DNA of 64,000 nucleotides from Eledone cirrhosa (lineage: Eukaryota), in contig OZ024742.1 in assembly GCA_964016885.1 (NCBI GenBank), positions 245,644,001-245,708,000 on the forward strand. The letters run 5' to 3'. The position numbers and the translations under genes were made by a program. Positions 39,559 through 50,993 of the stretch are shown piece after piece. Each line of letters begins with the position of its first letter. Positions within the stretch are counted from its first letter, which is position 1. The notes beneath the pieces are model-generated. The model was not told the origin of the DNA and did no database searches. It saw nothing but the letters and a program-made list of their open reading frames with translations.

Positions 39559-40892
39559 GTTCCGCCCTTCCTTACCTGAATTCTTCCCTATCCAGAACAT
39601 GTAATCTCTGCCTAGCCGAGAAATTTACCATTATATCTAATTTAAATTCTATAATAAATAGACGCAGAGATTTATTTTCTCTCTGCTTGCATAAATTCCA
39701 TAGAACATTCCATAAAGTATACAGCTAATATCTCAATACCTTACTAGTTTAAAATCCTTTTTCTCAAAGGCTTATATATCTTTTACAAATATACCCATCT
39801 TTCTACCTTATTTCAGTATTATATATTATATAATACAATTTACTCATTCTATATCATTCCTCTTTATCATTTTCCTTTCTTCCTTTTTTCTTTTTAATTT
39901 CTAACCTCTAATCTGTACTTTTTCTTCCCAACTACTTCTCAATTCATATTATTACTCACCACAACATTATCCATTCTTCCATCTTTCCTCATATCATTGT
40001 GCCATAAAAATTATTTTTTTAAATACATTATAATATTACCATTAGAAGTCCTTCGTAAACATATAAACTTTTGACGTTAGATTTTTTTCTTCCTTAAAAC
40101 TTTTCATATCTCTTCCATCCTTTCATGCTCGTTTTAAACCTACTACTTAATTTGACTTTTACATATTACAATACATAAAAACAAACTTAAACCCTAACTA
40201 ATTTCTTTTAATATATTATATTATTACCATTAGAAAATATTTCGTAAACATATATACTTTTTGATGTTAGATATTTTCTTCCTTAAACATTCTTTTTTCT
40301 TCTTTCCTTCCGCGCTCATTTTAAACAAACTATTTACGTACACATATTACATTACATAAAAACAAACTTAAACCCTGACTAATTCCTCTAAATTCATAAC
40401 TCATTCATTCTTCTCCTTCTTTTCACATTATATCCTTAATATCATTAATATTTTTATTTTAATAATACATATTAATAAATTCTTTTCTTCGCACATATTT
40501 TTAAACCCTTCAATCAATATACAAACCTTAATTTAATACTATTCTTAATTCCTTTTTCTTCATGCATAAACCTCATTAACTTTTAATTTCAAAATCTTTT
40601 AAATTATCTATTATCTTACAACGGCTTTTTAATTTCTCTCTGTGAGACAATATTTTTTTCTCAGTTGTAAAGGCTATATCTCTCTCTCTATCACCCATCT
40701 CTCCTCCTATCTCATCCTTCCTTCTTATACTCCTCCCCCACCACCCTTTACCCTTATTTCTTCCTCTTCCTTACATTCCCCCCCCCCCTCACTTTTCCCC
40801 AATCTCATACATCCATCTTAATTTATTTTTCATATGTTGATTTAAAACTTCACTATTCACAAGTGTTTTTTAAGCTTCATATCATGTCTCCC

Positions 40893-40962
40893 TATTTTAT
40901 CTGATGAGAACGCAGATATCATCCCATGATGATATTTGTTTTTGAAATGCACATAATAAAAA
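40893..40962 (+). ncRNA. Minimal type I hammerhead ribozyme motif
   Basis: UUUUAU CUGAUGA [stem II GAACGCAGAUAUCAU..GAUAUUUGUUUUU] GAAA U GCAC AUA AUAAAA. Intact core, 2-bp stem III with tetraloop, stem I UUUUAU/AUAAAA. Confidence 0.7.
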
Positions 40963-40998
40963 ACTTGGAACTCTTTTAACCATCTTTTGATCTTATAT

Positions 40999-41077
<79 letters not shown>

Positions 41078-41649
41078 TAAGGGTTATCATATACATAAAA
41101 TTAAAGATATATATATGTTGCAACTGTTCACTTTTAAGGTCTATGAAGAATTAATAAATTAAAATAAAAAAATCAGAGCATTATATCATAAATCATGTCT
41201 TTAGAATCATCAGATATTAACATATATACTATTTCTTCTTCTAATTAGCATAATTAACGATATACAAAATCAAATCTAGCAAGCTTTAAGAATAAATTTT
41301 CTTATGGGGAAATCTCCGACAAACAATCGACCGTAGCCTCTTCGCGGCAGCCCCGTTCCATTATTTATCGAACATTTCGACAGCATGCAGACTTCGACCA
41401 AATATACCATCAACCACACACAATTAGTAGTAAAATTAAACTTAGAAGAAATGCGCACATACCGTAATTATATATATATATATATATAAAAATATATAAA
41501 AAGAAATATACATATAACGGCACATAAAGATACACAGTGGGCTATACATAAAAGGGTGCACCTTGTTATATGTGCCTACACAGATGTTGTTACGTTGCGA
41601 ACATGGATCAATCCACGTATGGAATCTTCACGCAAAGCCACATAATGTG

Positions 41650-42040
41650 CGTTATCTATGTGATTGTGTGTGTGGGGGTGTATGTGTGTGCGTGTGCGCG
41701 TGTGGATGTGTGAACTACCAAACACAGCAGTAATTTAGCAGACATGGGACAGCTAACGCCCTGATGGTCAGCGGACCTGTGGTCAGAATTATGATGACGT
41801 AGACAACCAGTGGCCAATCACAGGACGCGCGAAGAGGAGGAAGTTTTTGACGGTACTGGCCGAGAGGGTCAGATACCCCAGTGAGAGAATATGCTCCGAA
41901 ATCATTAGACGTGTTCGTTGAACCTGCGGGTCCAGAATCAGACAGAACCACACAATGATCGCGTCTCGAGCTGTCCGCCGGCGAAACAATTGTAACACAC
42001 AATAAATTGAGTTCAGATGCATCACTGATTTTTCGTTTTC

Positions 42041-42043
<3 letters not shown>
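41650..42043 (-). repeat. ~400-bp unclassified repeat, copy 2
   Basis: Inverted homolog of 38676-39082, directly abutting (TA)n at 42044-42114. Confidence 0.9.
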
Positions 42044-42112
<69 letters not shown>

Positions 42113-42118
<6 letters not shown>

Positions 42119-45100
42119 TAGATTACCGATATAAAAGACACAGAAGCGAAAAGCGAAAATATATTGTTATACTTGGGGAGGGTCATATTTGTGTAATATT
42201 GCCAGAATTAATAACAGAACACACTCACTGGTTGGTTGGTTTTCGCATCTGTGTCTTTTATATCGGTAATCTAATTTATTCGGTCCTCAATGTTGCCATT
42301 GACTGACCGACGGTCAAAAATAATACAGATACAATATAGACACAAACACATATATATTGTTTATCAAAGTTCTTTCGTTGCACATCTGCAACATCGTCAG
42401 TGGTGCTATTGTTTCCTCCCGTTGCATTGTATGTCTACGCCATTTTTATTTAGTCTGTCTATATATTTATTTATTTATTTGTTTGTTTGTTTATTTTATT
42501 TTGTCTTCTTTGCGCATGCGTTTGCGTGTGTGTATAGTGTTTTGTTTGATGTGTGTTCGTGATTGGGTGACTAGTGTGTGTTTATATGTGTTTGTTGTTA
42601 TTGTGCTTGTGTATGTATTTATTTATTTATTTACCTATTTATTTATTTATTTATTTATTTATACTTCTCTTAGGTCAGTGTTGTTTGTTTGGGTGTTGTT
42701 GTTATTCCATTCATTCTTTCTGTTTAGTTGGCCTTCTAAGTTCTATTTTCTTCTAAGTTCTATTGGCCTTCTAAGTTCTATTTCACTGGCCTCTCTGATT
42801 TGCCTATCTGCTGGGTCATTTCTATGTTTAGATATTATTCTAATTTCTATGTTGTCTATGTTACCGTCGTGTTGTTGTCTGGCATGTTCGTATAGTACTG
42901 ATCCGTTTTTTCGTCCTTTTAGTCCCCCCCAGTGTTGGTCTATCCTTTCACCTATGCTACGAGCTGTCTCGCCTATGTATGTTGTTGTCATGTTTCTGCA
43001 AGTACCCTCTGTACATCTTATGCTATAGACTACGTTTCTAGTTTTACAGTTTATCCGGGGGTTTACCTTACATATGATACATTTCCTATTAGTACAGTGG
43101 GTTTTCTTAAAAGGGTAGGTTTTGCTGATCAAGGATTTGATGGTGGTTCCTGGCTTTTCTACCACCTTAATCTTTAAGTGGGTCTTTCTCAGGGCCTTTC
43201 TACACTGGTTCGCTAATTTCCCTCCAGGGGTAGCGTCCACAAACATGACACTCTGGTATCTCTGGTTGTCGTACCATGAGGTGGCTTTCCCTATCTTATG
43301 TCTAGCCCTATCTAAGCTATTCCATGATTTGCTCCTGTATAATGGGCAAATTCCTTTCATGTCCAGTTCTATGAGGGTCTTATACTTCTCCATGGCTCCT
43401 TCGTATACTCTGACTATGTCTCTTTGGTTGTAGCCAGAGAACTGCATGCGGTTGATGAAGTGTTGGATGTGTCTTTCCATTTCTGTTGGGTCGCACATGC
43501 GGGACACATTCTTCATCACTCGTACCAAATCTGCGATCAGAATATTAAACTTAGCACTACTGGACATTGCTGAGTTTTTTAGTATCAGGTATTTGGAGGC
43601 CATGGGTTTAGCATAGTGTGAGTGGAGAATTTGGGCTCTCTCGTCTATAGTGTTAATCCAGGTAGTCTATTGTTAGGGTGTTTGGAAGGGAAGTCGATAG
43701 TTACAGTTATACTCTGGTGTATGGAATTAGCTATCTGCTGGATGCTTTCCATTGTGCTACGTTCTAAATCAAACTTGTTAGTGCTCTCTAGTGGGGATGT
43801 TCTTATAACTATATTGATATCGTCTACGTAACGAGAGTACATGATGAGGTCTATGGAGCTCTCATTAAGGAGATCTTTAAGTCTCCTTTCTCACCATACC
43901 ATGAAAAGGTTGGCAACATCACCAGCTATGCTGACGCCAATGGCTGCTCCCTCATTTTGGGTGTAGATCTTCTCGTTGAACTTGAATATGTGGCCCTTTA
44001 GGGTAGTTTTGATACTAGCCCCTATTGCATGTGCGACCATTTTTCTTACCTGATCATTGTTTTGGGGGGTCCGTATAGCTTTGGTCCACCCAATCCACCT
44101 TCCCATGGGAGTCTTTTTTGCCATTGAGGTTATGGTGGGGGGTCTACCTCTTATGGGTCTACTAGGGCAGAAACGTCTACGGTCATGGCTGTCTAGGTAG
44201 TCAGTGTCGTAGGTAAGTATAAGTAGGAGGCCCAGTTCGTCTGTGTTGACGTCGCAGAACTCCACCTCACTCTGAATGATCATCTCCACACATTTTTCCA
44301 CAGCAAAATCAATGTTAATGGATGGGTACAGTGATACCACATCCATGCTGCCTATTATGCAGTTGGATAGGTTCCTGTTTTTGTTGCACTCACTGATTCT
44401 GCTGAGGAGGTCCTCTGTACTGTCACATACATCTGGGGACATCTTGATTATGGGGCGTATAACCATTGAGAGGAAGTAGGAGATCCTGTAGTTGCTAGCT
44501 ATATTAGCTCCGCATACGGGTCTTGTTGGTGATCCTGTTGTCGGGTCGTCGACTGTCTTGTGGCCCATACAAGGGTGGTATGCCATTGTTAGACACCTGG
44601 AAGTTGTTGGCAGTGCGTCTGCTTGGCTTTAGGATGTCAGTCCACATCATCATGTGAGCGTTGAGGATTTTCTCTCTCCCATCATGTGTTTGCTGTGCAA
44701 TTTCGCTCGTGTTGGTGATGTGGGATTGCATAGCCTTGATGTAGTTCGGCATGCTATCTATTGACATCCTACCAGACTTATCCGTGGGTAGACATACTAC
44801 CTCACCATCCCCTGTGCGCTGCTTGAGGCTAACCAAGCCTTCTACAGGTTTCCTCCCAAGTTGTTGGGCCTCAGGTCTGCTCTGTCTCTTAGTATACCGG
44901 TCTACTATTTGTCTAATCTTATTTCTAGCTATGGTGAACTGTGCCTCTGTCTCGTCATCTATTTGTTGTGGTATGCAAACTCTTTTGTTAAAGGGTAACC
45001 TCGTAGGGTAGATATTACCCATCTTATATGTTTTGTCAGCTGGGTTGAAAAATAGATTCTCTAAGGGGTTGTCATTATATCTATCGTCATAGTTGTGTGT

Positions 45101-45500
45101 GTTGCTATTATTGTTATCATGGTGGTTGTTGTTGTTCCTATCATTAGCATTATTATTATTGTTATGATTGCTAGATGTATTGTTGTTTACTTCACCGTTA
45201 TTGTTGTTGTTACTGTTATTTCTACCATTGTGGTTGTTACTTTTATTATGTTTCTTGTTTTTGTTGTGTCTATCATTAATGTTGTTACATGTATTATTTC
45301 CATTATTACCATTGTGGTTATTGTTGTTGTTGTTCGTATTGTTACCGTTATTACTACTGTGGTCGCTGCTGCTGTGTCTGTGGTTAATGTTTCTATTATT
45401 ATCATTATTGTGGTTGTTGTTGTTGTTCTGTCTATCGTTAGTATTATTACCATTATTACTATTACCATTATTACTATTTCTCACTCTGACCCTCCCCAAG
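42113..45500 (-). mobile_element. Penelope-like retroelement (RT plus C-terminal GIY-YIG endonuclease), disrupted, 3' end abutting (TA)n
   Basis: RT: PTDKSG, PPLYG..HK, RPVC, SMDVVSLYPSI, QNEGAAIG, RYVDDI, HYAKP. Linker CTNRKCIIC..C. Endonuclease: VVYSIRC..C..YIGET.R...RIDQH..EH..H. One in-frame stop (43891-43893) and two frameshifts (~44570, ~43650). Confidence 0.92.
42362..42406 (-). ncRNA. Minimal hammerhead-like motif in the PLE 3' region
   Basis: Minus strand: CACCA CUGACGA U GUUGCA GAUG UGCAAC GAAA GAACUU UGAUA. Core and perfect 6-bp stem II; stem I is weak. Confidence 0.55.
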
Positions 45501-45581
45501 TATAACAATATTTGTTTCGACACACGATTTCATATAAAAAACCTCGCAAAACTAATTCATCGCCGTTATATATATATATTA

Positions 45582-47165
45582 TACGAGGTGTGTCTGAAAA
45601 GTAACAGGACTTAGTGTGCTGTGCGAGCTATGAGCGGGATAGGGATTAGCGGGTTGCATCGCCGTGTGACGTAATATCCGAGGAGTATCTGCGATCTCAG
45701 TTCTCTGGAGCCATTGTATATTTTTTGGAGTGTTTTTGTTAACTACACAATTTTAGGCAGTCGAGTAATTGACACCGAGCAACAAACCAGCTTGAAGTTT
45801 CTGGTTTGGCTGGGGATAACTCCACCAGAAGCACTCGGAATATTGCAACAATAATAATGGTTTCGTATATAGGCACAAGGCCAGCAATTTTTGGGGAGGG
45901 GAAAGTTGATTAAATCGACCCCAGTATTTATCGGTGCTTTATTTTATCCACCCTGTAAGGATGAAAGGCAAAGCTAACCTCGGCGGAATTTGAACTCAGA
46001 ACGTAAAGGGCCATAACTATATGCTACCAAGCATGATGCTCGACGCTCTATCGACACTGCCATAATAATAATTGTTTCTACTTTTGGCACGCTCAGGTGC
46101 TCTACAACTCATCAAAGTTACATGTATAGTATATAGAATAATGTACAACTGTCAGGAAAGTGAATTATGTATGAGTCATAATTACACACAAACACATATG
46201 TGTGCGTGTGTATGGAGGGGGAATATCAGGTGTAGTGTTGGCGAATTTCGGGATGCATGGAAGTTATGAAGGATGCAATGTCTCGACAGCTAACAACTGA
46301 TGCAGGTAGTTTGTTTCATGCCTCACCAACTTTTAGCGTGAAAAAATGTTTCCGAAAGTCATGGGAGCTGTACTGTTTTCTGATTTTGTAAGCATGTCTA
46401 CGGGTGTTAGACACATGGAATTCAAAAAGGTACTCGGGTTTGTTGTTAGAAAGATGGTTAATAATCTTGTGGGTGTCTACCAAGTCAGTTACCAGACGTC
46501 TGAGTTTTAATATATCCATGACAATATCCAAGGCATTCAGAGTATGGTAGATGCCTTATGGAAGGTATTCGTTTGGTTGTACGTCTCTGAACAGTCTCAC
46601 GGATTTTCGAGTGACACAAATGGTTTAAAGAGACACGAGGATGTGGAAGACGACCCCATGAGTGGGAGGCCATCAACGAGCAGAACTAAGACCAACGTTG
46701 AGCGTGTGAGGCAGGTGGTGCGTGGCGATCTTCGGCTGACTGTTTGACTGATCGCAAGTGAGCTGGGCATGAACCGCGACAGCATTTGGTAGATTATCAC
46801 CAAACATTTGGGTATGCAGAAAATCGCCAGCTCACAACGCCCTGGGCATCCGGCAGTTCCTGGCCGAGAAGAACATCTCCGTACCGGGAGAACCTCCTTA
46901 TTCACTTCATCTGGCTGCGTGTGACTATCCCCCCCCCCAAGCTCAAGTGGGTCATCAAGGGGACCCGTTTTGAAGGCCATCAAGAGGGCCATAACGAAGG
47001 AGCTGACGGGCATCCTAGAAGAATCCTTCCAGCTGTGCATAGAAGCGTAGCAGAGAAGGATGGAAATGTGCATTAGATTTGATGGGGAAACCATGTAGTT
47101 TGTTGTTTGGAATCATTATAAATTGTTTGTGACTTCAGTCCCGTTAATTTTCAGACAGATCGCAC
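45582..47165 (+). mobile_element. Decayed mariner transposon with nested SINE (45850-46070) and CR1 fragment (46090-46595)
   Basis: TIRs TACGAGGTGTGTCTGAAAAGTAACAGGACT / AGTCCCGTTAATTTTCAGACAGATCGCA. Transposase remnants EDVEDDPMSGRPSTS, VERVRQVV..DLRLTV, PPYS.HLA.CD and PKLK..IKG.RF. Confidence 0.85.
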
Positions 47166-48301
47166 ATATATATAAAGTCTAAACAAAAACGTAACGTTTC
47201 AATCTTCTGCTCACACATTATAACACACTGACCCCCACTATATTCACCTCTGCTAAGATACGGGTCCCTGTGAACATTTTCTCGCGTCACTCCTGGCCTG
47301 ACATTAATATCGACCATTCTTCCTCTTTCTTTCTATCTTCCTTCTTGTTGCCATCAACCCTTACTCTTCCACTTCTTCCTTCTTTTCTCCCCTCTTTCTG
47401 TCTTCCTCCCGCAGACTTATCTTCCTTCCCCCTTTTTGTTCGCCTATATCTGACCAGTAGTAGTTGTTTAGATACGGGTCCCGTAGAATAAAAAAATTTC
47501 TTCGCGACAATCCTGGCCTGACTGTAATACCGACCTTCCCTCCTCTTTCTTTCTGTCTTTCTTCTTATAGCTGACATTAACCCTGGCTTCTCTTCTTCTT
47601 CCTTCCCCCTTCTTCTCTCTCCTTTCTTTCTTTCTTTTGTCTTGTAACTTATGTACCCATCCCTTTCTGTTTTCCTTTATCTGACCGGTAGTAGCACACT
47701 GTGAGCTTTAGCCACGTCACTCGAGAGCGACCGGCTAAGGTAGAGGGTGCAAGATAGCGGTCGCTCTCGGGTCCTCGATTTTCAGGCCCATGGATTTTAT
47801 CTATTACATTCACGTATTATATTTCAAATACCTGATGGTATCACCGGATTCATACGGAATCCGGTCATTGAAATGATCATAGTATAATAAACCTTTCAAG
47901 GATTTACACAAATCCAGCCTCCTGTCATTTCATTATAATATTTAACTCCGTAATAGCACACCAACTACAAAAACAAAGACGGTTGAACTGCTTTACGTTG
48001 AGTACTCTCTATATTATTACATTACGATTGACCATACGGAATAGACCAGCTCTATACCGTGGTGAACCTCAAACCTGAATAAATATATATATATGTGAGA
48101 AAAACCACAGACCCTCCATCTCAACTCACCTTTTGAAAAGCAGAAGAACTGCGAAACCGGTAAAGGAACCAAATAAATATATATATATTTTTTAAAAATA
48201 AGACTCCAGTTGCATTTTCGATTTCATCTCTTTTTCTTTATACTTTCACTCGTGTAGGACACCTCGGTTATTTTTCATTTTGTAAAAAAAAAAAACCTCA
48301 C

Positions 48302-48371
<70 letters not shown>

Positions 48372-48445
48372 ATACATTGGGAAGGTCATACTGCCAATAA
48401 ACATTTCCAATTGGTTGGTTCAATAACCGGATGGTTGTTTATGTA

Positions 48446-48491
48446 TTGTCAAAGCTCTTTCGTCACACATTCTTTGACCTCCTCAGTGAAT
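48446..48491 (-). ncRNA. Minimal hammerhead-like motif in a short PLE-terminus-related segment
   Basis: Minus strand: UUCA CUGAGGA G GUCA AAGAAUGUG UGAC GAAA GAGCUU UGA. The flank 48365-48420 resembles 42163-42240. Confidence 0.5.
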
Positions 48492-50094
48492 TATTTGTTA
48501 TTTTGACTTTCCTTTGTTCTGTCCTACACCATCTTGTTTTTGTGTGTTGTATATATATATATACACTAGTGGATCTATGCTGTCAATAATGATGGCAATA
48601 TCGTTGAATGTATTTATTTGTTAGAGTCAAGGATCGGTATGTCCTATATACCAGGATTACTGAATATGTGAACAATAATATAAACATGGAAATCAATGTT
48701 TTAATAAATTAATGTTTTGCATACGAGAAACCATATAGTTTATGTTGATTACTGACCCATGAACGTGATTAAAGACAAGAATGATATTTTAATAATTTAT
48801 TTCTAGGATATAATGACATAAATGTCCAGCATATATGTACAAATGATATGTATGAGTAACTTTTGATAAATAACAATTTATAGGGATAAATGTATGGTTA
48901 GAACCCAGAACCTTGTGTTTGGAAAGTGAACTGGATTGTGAGTATTTTAAAGAGTTGTAGATAGATATATAGAGAGAGTGTGTGTCTATGAATATAGCAG
49001 TTTCTCTCTGAGTATAGAATGCTAGAATACCATACGTAGACAATTGTTTGCATTCTGTCACATATGCTATGACCAAAGTAATTATTTCACAAATGGTTTC
49101 ATCCACTTCGACGTAGATAGACACAACAGGGTGGAACAGCTCATTTTGTAAGCACTGTGACGGGTTAGACTGTTGATATTTTTTCTTTTTGGTTAAAGTG
49201 CATGTTACCTCCATTGTAAGGCAGCACATGATTTGCTTTGTAATATTCGTTCTGGCACTCTGCGCCCCGAATTCAAATTTGCTTTTCACCTTTTCGGGGT
49301 CGATAAATAAAATACCAGTATATTACTGGAGTCGATTCTCTCTCTCTAAGAAGAAATCAACTGTGTTCTGACCTGGAGAACTATTATGCTCCGCCAGGTT
49401 TTAAAAAATGCCCAAAATACGCCGTGTCAGGAAGGCGCTCCTACTACTCTATCAAGAGTTAAGGGTTCTTTCTTTTCTTTCCTTTTCCAACTACATCGTG
49501 AGAAAGTAGGGGATCAGATATTTTAGTCAGACAGCCTTACCTCACATACAAAGAATATGTCTCAAGGGATTCGTCTACTCCGCAGTGCGTTATGATATTC
49601 ATTTATATACAAGCACACTTAACATTCCAAGATGTCGTGGAATGAAAATTTCACTCTAAACTTCGGTGTGCCAGAAACAGATTGATAAATAGTAGGTATG
49701 AAAATAAATCTCTTGAATTACAGGCTTTGTGATTGTTATGTGTCACACAGAAAGGATTTATTATTTGGTCTCTCTCTGATAACAATGCCATTAATGCCAG
49801 CTGAGAGTACTGAAGGTGGGTAGGTTATAAACTTGGTCTAAAAATAGTCGGGTAGAAGATGGTGGGCGTGACAGTGTCTGTGTATATATATATATATATA
49901 GATATGTGTGTGTGTATATATACACACATGGGGAGGATTAAACTTGGATGGGGCCTCAGACTGAAAATTTCATCGGGTAAAAAAAAAAAAAAAATTAAGG
50001 TCCTTTAATTATTGTGAGGCCTCTTCCCACTCGTTATCAGTCCAGACAGCCCCTCCTCTAACCCGTCACTGTATATATAGACACACATGCTTAT

Positions 50095-50400
50095 GGGTGT
50101 TTATATCTATCTATCTGTATACACACACGTTTGTGTGTGTATATCTATCTATCTGTATACACACGTTTATGTGTACCTATCTAATACATAGTGTGTGTAT
50201 ATCTATCTATATATCTGTATACACACGTTTATGTGTACCTATCTATATATCTGTATACACACATGTTTATGTATACCTATCTATCTATCTGTATACACAC
50301 ATGTTTATGTGTACCTATCTATATATCTGTATACACACATGTTTATGTGTACCTATCTATATTGTATACAGACATGTTTATGTGTACCTATCTAATACAT
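50095..50400. repeat. Degenerate ~34-38-bp tandem repeat
   Basis: Unit ~CTATCTATATATCTGTATACACACATGTTTATGTGTAC, ~8 copies. Confidence 0.8.
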
Positions 50401-50649
50401 ACATAGATATTAATTTCACTAATGTAGGAATAGTGTCAGCACGGTTGCATGACAATTACTGAAAAGCGTGATAAATGCAGTAAGCGGTGACTTACAAATT
50501 ATAGTACTCTCTGTTTAAATCAACTAGGAAATTAAAACTCATTTTGCAATATATGTCAATCCTTATATTTTTTTTTTTTTTAGTATTTTGTTCTGTGTTT
50601 ATTTATTTTTTTTTTAATACCTGTTTGTCTGTGAGTAAACGTTTAAACA

Positions 50650-50850
50650 GTTACCAATCAGATGATAAATAAAACACGCCCACCCTCATTAAAACCTTTC
50701 TTCTCAGTCGAAAGGGCGGTCCCAATACCATGTTTGGGGACGGAACCGTGTCTTGAAAGAATAACCATAAAAATATAGAAAGAAACAAAAGAATAAATAA
50801 GATAAGAAAAAAATGTCCGGTTTGTAGCGTTACTGACCTTGACCGTTTTC
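50650..50850 (+). promoter_or_regulatory. Putative GBE1 proximal promoter / 5'UTR
   Basis: CCAAT (50654, 50722), CACGCCC/CACCC (~50676), GGGCGG (50713) and TGACCTTGA (50834-50842) within 240 bp upstream of the ATG; locally CpG-richer. Confidence 0.5.
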
Positions 50851-50886
50851 GACTGGAATCATTCGGACGGAGTTATTTGTGAAGCT

Positions 50887-50993
50887 ATGGCGCGAGGACA
50901 AGGCGAAGAATGCTTCAAAATTGATTTCAAATTTAATAAGCTCATTGAACATGACCCTTACATTAAAAACTACGAAAGTGAAATCAAAAGGAG
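50887..50993 (+). CDS. GBE1: 1,4-alpha-glucan branching enzyme, coding exon 1
   Basis: MARGQGEECFKIDFKFNKLIEHDPYIKNYESEIKRR matches the GBE N-terminal L..DPY...I.RR motif. AG|GTGAGT donor (phase 2). Not in the supplied ORF track. Confidence 0.9.

Noticed and set aside
43891-43893. In-frame TGA in the PLE RT as possible selenocysteine, as reported for some Naiad PLEs
   Set aside because: It falls in FMVW*ERRL, where a second Trp (TGG>TGA) is the simpler explanation. The copy also has two frameshifts and no SECIS was recognised.
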